From the human T2T-CHM13v2.0 reference genome, Homo sapiens: 64,000 nucleotides of DNA. A program made the position numbers and the translations under genes. Location: NCBI RefSeq assembly GCF_009914755.1, contig NC_060932.1. One strand, written 5' to 3'. The notes under the pieces are model-generated. The model was not told the DNA's origin, did no database searches, and saw only the letters and a program-made list of their open reading frames with translations. Positions 1 through 14,350 of this stretch are shown piece by piece; within the stretch, counting starts at the first letter, position 1, and every line of letters begins with the position of its first letter.

Positions 1-560
1 AACAATAAGTAAAGAAAATTATAAAAGGGAAAATTCTCAGTCCATAAGATTGGGCAGAAAGGGATTTTCTTTTATAAGGAGGAATAAGTATGCCTACAAA
101 AACTTGGTATAGGATACTGGAATAAAAGGGTAAAGCAATGGAACCGTTAAGCAGGAATGCCTTTCCTTAAATTAAGTTCAGCAGATTCTTGGGAGAGTCC
201 ATAAAGGAGACCCTAAACATTCAGCATTCCCCACTACAATGGTGGCTCAGGCTGAGGAAGCCTCACAGTTCAAGGCCCTAAGGAAGGAGAGATGGCTGAC
301 AAAAGTTTAGTCAAATCAAGTTAGCAGGTATTTTTTTCTGATTGATTGTGGGTACAAACAGTATAGCTTATTATTTTTGAGGCAAAGAATGGGAATGTAG
401 AGAGTCTGTTTCTGGCCTAGTCATAGGTTTAAAAAAAGAGGGGAAATCTGCGAGTCTTACGAAAATCACATGGGGAAGCGTATTTCTTTGCAATAAGCCC
501 TTTCTTGGGACACAAAAAAGTGGGAAGAGTAGTCTCAGATAGTTCAACATTGTCACCTTC
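1..560. mobile_element. Possible old ERV1-type LTR fragment (family not resolved)
   Basis: The segment gaggcaaagaatgggaat...ctggcctagtcatagg resembles MER4-group LTR sequence from memory. No termini or TSD identified. Confidence 0.3.
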
Positions 561-1184
561 TTTCAATTGAATATACCATTTTCATTTGAAAGTCATATCT
601 TATTGTATTAGATCTTTTTTAAAGATCTATTCTCTGTTCATTTTAAGTAAATTTATCAATATTTATATACTTATCAATATTGTATCAATATTTATACAAG
701 ATAAGTATTTTATTATACCCTTGTGTTTCCTGTTCTCAAAATGTGTCTTCGTAAACACTAGCATAAACAAGCTTATATGTTTTTCCTTATCTTTATCATT
801 ACAGATTCTAAGATGATATGGCTAATTTCTTCCATACCTTTTTACTTTTAATATTTACCAAATGTAATTCCTGATCACAATGTGATTCATAATTATCTGT
901 CTTTCTCTTCTATCTTAAAAATGTTGTTTTTAGCAAAAAAATTTAGACATGAATTATGTACTTTCTCAAAAAGTCTGTAAGCTATGTGATATAATATGTG
1001 CTCTGTACACCTTTCATTAATGACAAAGGATATGTCAAGTGGACGTTCACATAATTATATTCATCAATTGTAACTACAACGTGCCATAGACAGTTTTCTC
1101 ACATCTGTTAAGAAAATATTACGTATTTCCTCTATCTGGCTGTTGATGTAAAAATATTAATATGATTACACACACACCCACACA

Positions 1185-2845
1185 TAAAAAAATGGAAAGA
1201 CATCTCATACTTATGGATTGGTAGAATTAATATTGTTAAAATGACAATACTACCCAAAGCAATCTACAGATTCAATGCAGTCCATATAAAAATACGAAAG
1301 ACATCCTTCACAGAAATAGAAAAAAAATCCTAAAATTTGTATAAAACCACAAAAGACCTCAAATAGCCAAAGCAATCCTGAACAAAAAGAACAAAGCTGG
1401 AGGCATCATGCTACCAGACTTCAAAATATAGTCCAAAGCTGAAGTAATCTAAACAGCATGGTACTAGTATAAAAACAAGCACAAACAAACACATCAACCA
1501 ATAGGACAGAACAGAAAACCCAGAAATTAATCCACCTATCTACAGCCAACTGATTTTTTTACCAAGATGCCAAGAATACTCATTGGGGAAAGGGTAGACT
1601 CTTCATAAAGTGCAGTGGGAAAACTGGATATCCACACAAAAATGAAACTAGACCCTTTTATGAATAAGACTAAATGCACTGGCAACAGAAGCAATAATAA
1701 ACAAATGGGATTATATCAAACTAAAAAGTTTCCTTTTCACAGCAAAGGAAAATGCCAACAGAATGAAAAGACAACCCATGGAATGGGAGAAAATATCTGC
1801 ATACTACTCATCCAACAGGGGATTAATATCCAGAATATACAAGGAAATCAAACATTGCAACAGCACAAAAAACCCCAATCCAATTAAAAATGGGAAAAAT
1901 GATCTGAACAGACATTTCTCAACAGAAGGCATACAAATGGCCAACAAATATATAAGAAAATGCTCAACATCACTAATCATCAGGAAAATGCAAATCAAAA
2001 CCACAATGAGGTATCATCTCACTCCAGTTAGGATGGCTATTATCAAAAAGACAAAAAATAATAGGTACTGGGGAGGAAGCAGAGATAAGGGAACTCTTAT
2101 ACACTGTTGGTGGGAATGTAATCTAGTACAACCACTATGGAAAACAGTATGGAGATTCCTCAAAAAACTACAAATAGAACTATCATATGATCCAGCAAAG
2201 TCATTACTGGGAATTTATACAAAGAAAAGGAAATCAGTATATGAAAGAGACCTCTATACCCCCATGTTTATTGCAGCACTATTCCCAATAGCCAAGATAT
2301 GGATTCAAAATAGGTATCCAACAACAGATGAACAGATACAGAAAATGTGGTGGAAACACACCATGGAATACTATTCATACATTAAAAGAATGAAATCCTG
2401 ACATTCATAGCAACATGGATGAAAGACATTATTCTAATTAATGTCTTAATTAATGTTAAGTGAAAGAAGCCAGGAACAGAATGTTAAATATTGCATGTCC
2501 TCATTCATATGTTGAAGCTAAAAAAAAAGTTGACCTTATAGAAGTAAAAAGTAGGACAGAGAATACTACAGGCTGGAAAGAGTAGGTAGAAGGAAGGGAA
2601 AGGAGGAGTAAGTTCTATACCACTGTAGGATGAATATAGCTAATAATAATATATACTCTCAAATAACTAGAAGGAGAATATTGAATGTTCTCAACATGAA
2701 GAAATGATAAATGTTTGAGATGATGGATATGCTAATTACCCTCATCTAATTACTATAAATTAAATGTATAAAAACATCACTGTGTACCCCATAAATATGT
2801 ACAATTTTTATTAGTCAACTTTTAAAATAAGTTAAAAATTAAAAA
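1185..2845 (+). mobile_element. LINE-1 3' fragment (L1MA-type, about L1MA3): ORF2 C-terminus plus 3'UTR, with internal deletion
   Basis: ORF 1763-2401 translates to the ORF2p C-terminus ([34 protein letters not shown]). The 3'UTR motif gaaatgataaatgtttgagatgatggatatgctaattaccc is typical of L1MA. An A-rich tail lies at about 2824-2845. Confidence 0.9.
1763..2401 (+). pseudogene. LINE-1 ORF2p C-terminal (cysteine-rich) domain remnant, not a host gene
   Basis: 212-aa open stretch matching the ORF2p C-terminus, inside a 5'-truncated L1. Confidence 0.85.
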
Positions 2846-3154
2846 TATATATTTAATTGGATATCTGGAAAGATCAAATCAATTAATGGATATAAAGAAT
2901 TTATTATTATGACTAAGTAAGTATTCAATTAGTATTTGTTTAATCAATTCATACCATGGTAAGCAATAATTCAAGATATTTACTTCATCAGCCTCTATCC
3001 GTTTACTGTTATTCCAAACAATTTAATATATAAGTCAATTATTTATTACATTATTGGGTTGCATTATTGAGGTTTCCAAACACATGACCTAGATCAGCAT
3101 TATAGTTTTTTTTATTTCCTCATAGTTTTTAGGAGAATATTAATAAGAAAGTAA

Positions 3155-4460
3155 TTTGCCTGCTTTTTAATTGGGTTGTTTTTCGCTTGTTGAATTATTT
3201 AAGTTCCTTATAGATTCTGAATATTAGACCTTTGTCAGATGGATAGTTTGTGAATATTCTCTCCTATTCTGTAGGTTGTCTGTTTCCTCTGTTGATGGTT
3301 TCTTTTGCTGTGCAGAAGCTCTTTAGTTTAATTAGGTCCCACCTGTCATTTCTTATTTTTGTTATAACTGCTTTTGAGAACTTAGTTATAAATTCTTTGC
3401 CTAGACCAATGTCCAGAATGGAATTTCCTGAGTTTTCTTCTAGGATTTTTATGGTTTGAGGTCTTACATTTAAGTCTTTAACCTATCTTGAGTTATTTTT
3501 TGTATATGGTGAAATGTAGGGGTCCACTTTCATTCTTCTACATATGGCTCACCAGTTATCCCAGCACCGCTTATTGAATAGGGAGTTCTTTCCCTGTTGC
3601 TTATTTTTGTCAACTTTGTTGAGATCAGATGATTGTAGGCATGTAGCTATATTTCTGAGTTCTCTGTTCTTTTCCATTGGTCTATGTGTCTGTTTTTGTA
3701 ACAGTACTATGCTGTTTTAGTTACCATAGCCTTCTAGTACAGTTTGAAGTTGGGTAATGTGATTCCTCTGGCTTTGTTCTTTTTTGCTTAGGATTGCTTT
3801 GGCTATTCGGGCATGTTTTTGCTTTTGTATGAATTTTAGAATACTTTTTTCTAGTTCTGTGAAAACTGATATTGGTAGTTCCATAGGATAGCATTGAATC
3901 TGTAGATTGCTTTGGGCAATACGGCTATTTTAATGATATTGATTCTTTCAGTTCATGAGCATAGGTTTTTCCATTTGTTTGTATTATATACACTTTTTTT
4001 CAGCAGTGTTTTGCAGTTCTTGTAGAGATCTTTCACTTTTTAGTTAGATAAATTTCAATGTATTTTCTTGTGGCTACTGTAAGTGAAATTGTATTCTAGA
4101 TTTTGCCCTCACCTTGAATATTGTTGGTATATAGGAATGCCACTGATTTTTTTACATTGATTTTGTATCCTGAAACTTTACCAAAGTTATTTATCAGACT
4201 AGGAACTTTTTGGTGGCGTCCTTAGGGTTTCCTAGCTATAGAATCATATTGTCAGCAAAGAGAGATAGTTTGACTTCTTCTCCTCCTATTTGAAAGCCTT
4301 TTATTTCTTTCTCTTGCATGATTGCTCTGGCTAGGACTTCCAGCACTACGTTGAATAGGAGTGGTGAGAGTGGACATCCTTTTCTTGTTCCTGTTCTTAA
4401 AGGAAATGTTTCCAGTTTTTGCCTGTTCAGTATGATGTTGTCTGTGGATTTGTCATAGAT
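3155..4460 (-). mobile_element. LINE-1 ORF2 segment, inverted 5' part of the L1PA15/16-like element
   Basis: The minus-strand ORF 4236-4523 gives RT motifs ([37 protein letters not shown]). It abuts the plus-strand L1 3' end at 4461. Confidence 0.9.
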
Positions 4461-5290
4461 GACATTTCTCAAAAGAAGACATACAAATGGCCAACAAACA
4501 TACAAAAAAATGCTAAAAATCACTAATCATCATGGAAATGCAAATCAAAACTACAATAAGATACCATCTCATGCCAGTCAGAAAGGCTACTATTAAAAAG
4601 TCAAAAAATAACAAGATGTTTATGAGGCTGCAGAGAAAGGGGAATGCTTATACACTGTTAATGGGGATGCAAATTAGTTCAGCCACTGTGGAAAACAGTT
4701 TGGACATTTCTCAAAGAACTTAAAACAAAACTACCATTTGACCCAGAAATCTCATTATTGGGTATATACACAAAATAAAATAACTCATTCTACCAAAAAC
4801 ACACATGCACTTGTATGTTCATCACAGCACTATTCACAAGAGAGCAAAGACATGGAATCAATCTAGGTGCCCATCAACAGTGGATTGGCTAGAGAAAATT
4901 TGGTACATGTATACCAAGGAATACTATGCAGCCATATAAAAGAATGGAATTATGTTCTTGGCAGAAACTTGGAACCAGCTGGTTATTATCCTAAGCAAAT
5001 TAATGCAGGGACAGAAAAACAAATACCACATGTTCTCACTTATAAGTGGGAGTTAAACATTGGGTACACATGGGCATAAAGACAGAAACAATGGACACTG
5101 GGGACTACCAGAGGGGAAGGGGAAGGATGGGGGCAATGGCTAAAAAACTACCTATTGAGTACTATGCTCATTACCTTGGTGACAGCATCATTTGTACCCC
5201 AAACCTCAGCATCACACAATATACCCATGTGATATACCCACACATGTACCCCCTAAATCTAAAATAAATTTGACATTTTTAAAAAAGAAG
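4461..5290 (+). mobile_element. LINE-1 3' end (L1PA15/16-like), non-inverted part
   Basis: MQIKTTIRYHLMPVRKA is present. The 3'UTR aaactacctattgagtactatgctcattaccttggtgac...ccccaaacctcagcatcacacaatatacccatg is typical of old L1PA. A-rich tail follows. Confidence 0.88.
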
Positions 5291-6450
5291 GAAATTAAAG
5301 TCTAGTTAAGTGTCTACATAATTCTACCCTTCCCCCCTGCTCACTACATCCTATTTCTCAGCTTCCATTCTCTATGATCTTAGTTTTGGACATCCTATCA
5401 GATAAACTGTTCACCCTAACACACCTATGAACGTTATAAAAACAAAGTTTTAAACTGTACCATTTTAAGTGTCTGCCTTGGACAGAAAGGAGACACGTTC
5501 TGACCCAGTTTTACTTGGGGACCATATATCTTGGTGAACAGCCGTTTTTAAAAGAACACAGTAATTCCCAAAATACCAGTTAACCCACTTCACACTGTTA
5601 CCACACACACAGCCATTTATCCAGTCTGCAAACAATTGCTGGCCTAGTAAACAGAGTGACTGACAGGACAACCCTGATTACTGACCTCTCCAGATTTACA
5701 GTTTGGCATTGAAGATATGCATACAGCAGGCAATTACAACAAATTAGAAAGTGGGCTAGAAGTCAGGAGAAAGGGTTTCCCAGGTCAGTGGGACCGCAGA
5801 GCAAGGGATCCACTTAAAAACAGCATTTGGGACTTAAACACTGATATCCATTTCCCAAGAATCTCCCCCAGAAAACTTGTTTATTGCAGTCAGCTGTTTT
5901 AAATCCTGAAAATAAGTAAATATATATAAATAAGATCATTTTCAAAAATTCTTTAATTGCTTGGAACACCTTCTCAACCATCTAATCCTCCCTGGAGCTC
6001 CTGGTAATTACAGCACATTTTCTCCCTCAGTTGTCAGTGGAGAAAAATCCTTTTGTGGGCCATCACTGTCTTATTGTTAGGCTAGTATTAATATATTTTT
6101 CTAACAAACCAGCCAAATCAAAAGCCTTGCTACAGCTCTGATACTGAAGAAGTATCTGGCTAACCCAAGTTGTTGTCAGTGGAGTGCAAAGTTCACACCA
6201 AAGGAGCAGGCTGTCTGGGAGATAGTGAGTACCACTGCAATAGGAACTAGCTAAGCAAAGACTGATAGTCATTGCTTGGGGACAGGGGACATCAAGGAAT
6301 GATGGATTTATCCACAGAGTGGAAAGTTAAAAGAATGAGTGATCTCTAATAATCACAATCTTGCAAATTTAGAAAGGATACAAAATTATTATAAAATATA
6401 TGTGTTTGGGGATATGTACACACACACATATACACACAGTAATAGGAATC

Positions 6451-6862
6451 TGATATAGCTTGGGCATTTGTCCCCACCAATATCTCATGTTGAAATAAAT
6501 TCCTTAATGCTGGAGGTGGGGCCTAGTAGGAGGTGATTGGACCATGAGAGTGGATTTCTTGTGAATGGTTTAGAATCACCTTTTTGGTGCTGTCCTCATG
6601 ATTCTGAGTGAGTACTTGTGAGATCTAGTCATTAAAAGTGTGTAGTACCTCCTCCTTCCTCTCTTGCTTCTACTTTTGACATGTTACATGCCTGCTCTCC
6701 TTTGCCTTCTGCTGTGATTGACACTTCCTGAGGCCTCCCCAGGAAGCTGCTCTGCCTCCTGTATAGCCTGCAGCACCACGATCCAATTAAAACTCTTTTT
6801 CTTTATAAATTACCCAGTCTCATTGCTATTTCTTTATAGCAATGCAAGAAAGGCCTAAAACA
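6451..6862 (+). mobile_element. MSTA-like MaLR solo LTR
   Basis: TG...CA termini (tgatatagcttgg...cctaaaaca), attaaa poly(A) signal, and a perfect 5-bp TSD GAATC at 6446-6450 and 6863-6867. Confidence 0.9.
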
Positions 6863-7640
6863 GAATCACAGAAGCACAGAAAAATATTATGAGAGTCCAG
6901 GAACACAAAAGATTAATTTTATTTTCATTTTAGAGGAAATTGGGAAAGCTTCATGCAAAAGGTAGTATTTGAGTTGTACTTACTAGTATGAAAACACCTA
7001 TGGTATTTGGAGTTGTAAAACAGAGCATTTTAGGTGAAGAGAACATCAGAGGCCATCAACAAAATCACAGATAGGAAATTACAGAACATGTTAAGCTCCT
7101 CCTGGTTCACTGTAGCTGGAATAGAGACAAATGAGGGCTCTTAAAATGAACATAGGAAGAGAAATTCAATTGTCAAGTCACCCGGGTAAGGGACAAGGCT
7201 CCATGATTCTATTTCGGTATTCCTTCAAAATAATCTGATTCACATTTTATCACGATCCTTTCTAGAGAATATCCCTTTGGTCTGAAACTAAAATATACAA
7301 TTCTATGTTGAAATAACTTCATCTGCATGGATTTTAGTACTTGGAACCTACCCAGAAATTCATTCTGGACACATAGACAGGTATCTCCCCAATACGTATG
7401 TGCGTGTGTGTTTTCATTTATCTTTGGAGAAGACTTGATATATAATATTGTCCATAGTCCCTTTTGTAGCCTGGAGATACCAGAGCCAAAGTGGGTTATG
7501 ACCAGAAGGGTCAAGTGTCCCCTCATCTGAATCTACCTGCCAGTAAAATTATTGGCATGATTCCGGATGTAGTGCTGAGCTCTGGAGGACATCACAGATT
7601 TCTTCTCTTATTTTTCTGGAAGCAGATACCAACTATTAGC

Positions 7641-8132
7641 TGCCGAGATCAGCTCGGTCGGAGAGACCCTAACCCAGCAGCACTAGAGGAATTAAAGACA
7701 CACACACAGAAATATAGAGGTGTGAAGTGGGAAATCAGGGGTCTCACAGCCTTCAGAGCTGACAGCCCCAAACCGAGATTTACCCACATATTTATTAACA
7801 GCAAACCAGTCATTAGCATTGTTTCTATAGATATTAAATTAACTAAAAGTATCCCTTATGGGAAACGAAGGGATGGGCAGAATTAAAGGAATAGCCTGGA
7901 CTAGTTAACTGCAGCAGGAACATGCCCTTAAGACATAAATCGCTCATGCTATTGTTTGTGGCTTAAGAATGCCTTTAAGTGGTTTTCAGCCCGGGGCAGG
8001 CCGGGTGTTCCTTGCCCTCATTCCCGTAAACCCACCACCTTCCAGCTTGGGCGTTAGGGCCATTATGAACATGTTACAGTGCTGCAGAGATTTTGTTTAT
8101 GGCCAGTTTTGGGGGGGGACTTGCTCCCAATA
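7641..8132 (-). mobile_element. MER9 solo LTR, HERV-K(HML-3)
   Basis: The reverse complement begins tattgggagcaag...aaaactggccataaacaaaatctctgcagcactg and ends ...tctcggca. A 6-bp TSD attagc/atcagc lies at 7635-7640 and 8133-8138. Confidence 0.88.
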
Positions 8133-8212
8133 ATCAGCTTCAAATTATTGCTGGTAATTTACCAACAATTTTAGCAGGTCCGCCTAAGAAATGTTTTAAA
8201 GATGGAGACAGA

Positions 8213-8566
8213 GGCTAAATATAGTGGCTCATGCCTGCAATCACATTGCTTTGGGAGACCGAGGCAGGAGGATCACTTGAGACTGGAGTATGAGACTAGC
8301 CTGAGCAACGTAGTGAGATCCTATCTCTATAAAAAAAAATTAGTCAAGTGTGGTGCCATGCACCTGTAGTCCCAGCTCCTTGGGAGTCTGAGGCAGGAGA
8401 ATAGCTTAAGCCCAGGAATTCAAGGTTGTAGTGCTATGATTATGCCACTTCCCACTAGCCTGGGTGACAGAGTGAGACTCTATCTCAACAAAGAAAAGAA
8501 AAGAAAATAGAAAGAAAAGAAAAGAAAAAAGAAAGAAAAGAAAAGAAAAGAAAGAAAAGAAAAGAA
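8213..8566 (+). mobile_element. AluJ with (AAAAG)n tail
   Basis: Diverged dimeric Alu with J-type motifs (ggaggatcacttgag, caaggttgtagtg.ctatgatt). Confidence 0.9.
8490..8566 (+). repeat. Interrupted (AAAAG/AAAG)n microsatellite
   Basis: Read directly: aagaaaagaaaagaaaatagaaagaaaagaaaag... Confidence 0.95.
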
Positions 8567-8931
8567 TGTATTTCCTGGAGTATCTAAAATCAGCAGATCA
8601 GCACTGTTGGTTTAACAAATACCAAATTTAAGCCAGTATGGCTAAAAAAGACCCTTGAACATTTAAGGATCCAAATTATCCATGTAGAAACATACATTAT
8701 CTCATTCAATAATCATTACATATCATGTCCTAGAGCAACTATGAAAAAAATGTTTAACTCCTTGACAATATATCAGTGAATAAAAATTCAAAGGTGGAAC
8801 CCAAAGCAAAACTGTTGTGCAGCATGAAATATTACACAATTGCATATACAACTGCACTGAGTAATCCAAAATTTGAGACTCCTCCTCTAATTGGCAAATG
8901 CAGCTTTACAATGCTTTAGAATGGATGATAA

Positions 8932-9461
8932 TGAGGTATGAGGTGGAACTAGACTCTGGAGGCAGGGTTTGGACATGGGACCAAATCAAAGAGTAACTAA
9001 AACAGGGATGGGGCAGAAGCAGCTTTCCATAAGATACACCCACCAGTGTGCCATGCCAGTTTACCATTGCCATGGCAACACCCAGGAGTTACCACTCTTT
9101 CCATGGTAATGACCTGATGACCCAGGTCATTACCCAGTAGTGACTTCCGCATTTCTGCATAAACACCCCTTAATCTACATGTAAAACACCTCTAGACATT
9201 TCTTCATAAACCACCCCTTAATCTACATGCAATTAAAAGTAAGTATAAATCTGACAGCGAACTGCCCTGAGCTGCTACTCTCAGTTCACTGCCGATGGGG
9301 CAGGCCCGCTCTGCAGGAGCAGTGACAGAGCTGTAACACTGCTGCTTCAATAAGGCTGTTTTCTTCCACTCTACCACCAGCTCACCCTTGAATTCTTTCC
9401 TGGGTGAAGCCAAGAACCCTCACAGGCTAAGTCACACTTGGGGCTCACCAGTCCTACATCA
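8932..9461 (+). mobile_element. MER66-like ERV1 solo LTR
   Basis: TG...CA termini, 4-bp TSD ATAA (8928-8931 and 9462-9465), tataaa at about 9245, and U5 motif cccttgaattctttcctgggtgaagccaagaaccct. Confidence 0.75.
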
Positions 9462-9472
9462 ATAATAGTAAT

Positions 9473-10880
<1,408 letters not shown>

Positions 10881-12529
10881 TTAAAGAAATCGGTGTAGGC
10901 AGAGAAGACACCATGCAAGGAAGCAAAGAAGAATCCATCAAATTGAGAAAGAAGCCCCAAAGTATATATTATCACATCACTAACTCTGCATTCACAGTCT
11001 TTTTGTTTTAAGACTATTTTTCATTATTTTCAGTGTGTCCTGTCACTATATAGATTGTCCTCTTGTGTAGATGCAACCGATGCCAATGACTCCTGTCTGA
11101 TTCATTCATTCAATACAGATTCTCGAGAATCTAAAATGTGCGATGTTTTTTACTTCTCCACCAAAACACAAAGTGCATTTTCTCTAGGACTTTTGGACAG
11201 AGATGAGACAACAGACAAGGGCTCATTCTTGTCATAGCTGAGTCCCTTAATGGCTCAATCTTTGCACTAGGTGTAACGGTTAGTTCATAGGTGAAAAATG
11301 GCCACACTTCAGAAATTGAAGCACAAAGGCCCAAATAAAAAAGCAAAGCATAGATGGGTTAATAAAGACTGATCTGGAAAGCTAAGATGCCTCCTCCTCA
11401 TTCCTTCAGTAATGTGCTATGGCAGGCTGATTTTCTTTAGACTCTGGAAACATTAATTCAATAAATTACTTCTATTCATTAATTTAATTATAAATTCATG
11501 ACTGTAATTTTAAAGCCATCTTTTTTTCCACCCTCTGCTCCAGTGACATCTGAGTGCTATTGATCGTAAATGTCAAATTAATTTTCTAGGCATATTTTCC
11601 TTGTGTTGGGATCAATACATAACTTGAAGAGCTCCTTTGATAGGGCATTGAAAGTTATTCCTCACTCCTGTGACATTTTGGCTGATTTTCCCACCCTCCC
11701 TTCCGAATTTCAGTTAGACATCAGCAGCTTTCACTTCCTGGGTGTTTACAAGAAAATATAGTCATGCTTTGTAAACCTGAACTTCCAGACTAAGAAAAAG
11801 AGATGTGAGATCTTGAATCATATGCATATGAACTTAACTTTGAACAAATCCAATATAAGAAAATCCAAATTTACAAAAGCTCGTTACATTGCTGAAATTG
11901 TTAATAATTTATTGATTTTTTTACAAACACATTCTTAGTTTTAAAAAACAATTTTATATAAGATCCCTTCATTCATTTAAAAATGCTTTATTTATAGCTT
12001 TTTAAGAATTCAGATTTTGCATATAGAAAAGTCTTTTCAATGAGTTCTAGAGTTTAAGAGATTTAGAAAAATCAATTTGCTTAAAACATTACTTTCACAT
12101 TCTAGTCATTTATTCATTTACTGAATCAATCATTTATTGATTCAGTAAACATGATTAAGAATCTACTATATACTAGACTTGTAGTCAATCGGGCATGGGA
12201 GTTGGGTCTACAGACCAAAGCCCTCCCACCACCAGTGTTGTGAAAACAGAAAGAGATTCTGGAAAACAGTATTGCCTAGGATGGTTCTTCGCATTGTTGA
12301 AGGTTATCTAATGTAAGCCCCTCATCAACTTCCTCAATAAAATCCCCAGGAAAGCCTGCATTTCTTACTCTGATCTTTGAGTTAAATTCTTTGGGGAAAA
12401 CCCAAGAGTCACCAAGTTCTTTTTTCAAGGTTGGCATGGGCTAGAAACAGAGGCAGCATCAGCATGCGCATATGCAGAGGTTGGAATAGCGGAGATGACT
12501 CACACTAGGTTGCCCTTCATAAACACTTC

Positions 12530-12680
12530 TCATGTTAGAATGTAAGTGACTGCAGGCGTGGAGCTATATTTCCAACTACATTCGGTTCCTTTATGGTGAG
12601 TTGTGCTATTTTATTTGTCACTCTGGGTGCCTAGCAGTGTGCCTGGTCCTCATTCTTAACTTATAGGTAATTAATGAATG
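12530..12680 (+). mobile_element. L2 3'-end fragment
   Basis: ttagaatgtaag...gtgcctagcagtgtgcctgg...aatgaatg motifs. Confidence 0.5.
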
Positions 12681-12999
12681 CTCACTGACAGGATGATTGG
12701 TTGCTGAATATTTCTCTGTTTCCCACCTGAGAAGTAGCAGGGCATATTCCCAGAGTGACAGCCAGTGCTGACCCGAGACAGAACTGTGAAGCAGGATGCA
12801 AAACAACATAAGCAGTGCATGGAGGCACTGAGGCCAAGAGTAGGCAGACCCGATTCCCTCCATGGTGAGGCTGAGTGGCACCGTAGATGCTTCCTCACAT
12901 TGCGACTTAGGCCAAGAGACGCAGGCTAAACCCAGAGGCTGATGCAACTAACATGATGGTGGCAACTGAGGATACCAATACCAATAGCTGGTATTTCTC

Positions 13000-13300
13000 T
13001 CTTTTTTTTTTTTTGAGACAGAGTCTTGCTCTGTTGCCCAGGCTAGAGTGCAATAGTGCCATCTTGCCTCACTGCAACCTCTACCTCCTTGGTTCAAGCA
13101 ATTCTCCTGCCTCAGCCTCCTGAGTAGCTGGGATTACAGGCACGTACCACCACACCCAGCTAATTTTTGTATTTTTAGTAGAGACAGGGTTTCACCATAT
13201 TGACCAGCCTGGTCTCCAACTCCTTCCTGACTTCAAGTAATCCGCCCACCTCAGCCTCCCAAAGTGCTAGGATTACAGGTGTGAGCCACCATGCCTGGAA
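13000..13300 (-). mobile_element. AluS (Sx/Sz-like)
   Basis: Full dimer with poly(T). 16-bp TSD a(t/c)agctggtatttctc at 12984-12999 and 13301-13316. Confidence 0.93.
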
Positions 13301-13864
13301 ACAGCTGGTATTTCTCAAAGGGGAAAAACAAGGAAGACAATGCCTTTATTGCCACATGGCTCCCCATCTTTTCCTATTCACCATCATCTTCTCCGTCATC
13401 TCGTGCTATAGTATTTTGAATTTGCATCTCCTAATGAGTCAGTGAACATGGGGGAGATATTTCAGCCCATGCTTGTCAAAAATCAATGTGAAGGAAATAT
13501 AACTAGGTTCTAAAACCAGCCTGTCTTATGTTCTCATTAAAAAACAAAGAGAGAAAAATAATATTTAGAATGCCTTTCATGAAAATGGAACATTTCCATT
13601 TTCAAAGACTTTGCATCATTGTAACTTGAATTCTCACAGCGATCTGTCAAGCTGTAAAGAGGCAGAATAATGTCATGAAAGGAATATGGAATTGGATTCA
13701 AAAGAGATGGAAGGTATGTCCTAGCTAACCGTACACCAGCTGCAGGATCTTCAGTGCCTTTAAACCTCATTTTTATCATCTCTAAAATGGGGATTAAAGT
13801 GATCTTTTCTTTGTAGGTAAAAAGTAAGAAACTTCCGAGATCTATAAAAATGATGACTATATAA

Positions 13865-14350
13865 TCATTAAAAATATTTATGGAGCACCTACTGTGTGTT
13901 AAGCACTATTCTTGGCCCCGAGACAGATGAGTAAATAATAAAAGCTTTGTGTGTACATGTCTGTATTTATTTGTAGATAAATAAGCAACATGTAGGGTAT
14001 AGAGTATGTCTGATATATAAATCTTATGGAAGAAAACAAAGCAAGGAATTCAGAGGGAGAGTGCTGAAGGGCAGGGTGACTGCAATTCTAAATAGGGTGA
14101 ATAGACCCTCAAAGAAAGGATGTTTGGGAGAAGAGCCTGCCAGAGAAAGGGAACAGCGAAAGTGAAATCCCCGTGAGACGGTGAGGATATCTGAAACATA
14201 GCAAGGAGGCCCGTGTGTGGAAAAGAGGAAGTGACAGAGGGCACAGCAGGAGCCACACGGTGGGGCCCTGACCCTGTTTGGCTTTATGGGCAAGGATAAG
14301 ACCTTCTGTTTTCACTTTGAGGTGGGCAGACATTGGAGAAGAAGAGTTGC
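13865..14350 (-). mobile_element. L2 fragment
   Basis: atatttatggagcacctactgtgtgttaagcactattct is the minus-strand L2 3' end. Confidence 0.65.

Noticed and set aside
1763-2401. Longest ORF (212 aa) as a possible domesticated gene
   Set aside because: It is a chance open stretch of L1 ORF2p in a truncated, internally deleted element, with no promoter or splice evidence.
7491-7886. 131-aa ORF
   Set aside because: It runs from unique DNA into the antisense MER9 LTR and has no recognisable protein features.
7898-7927. p53-like half-sites in MER9 (ggactagtta and gaacatgccc)
   Set aside because: One half-site is imperfect and the spacer is 10 bp, too weak to call.
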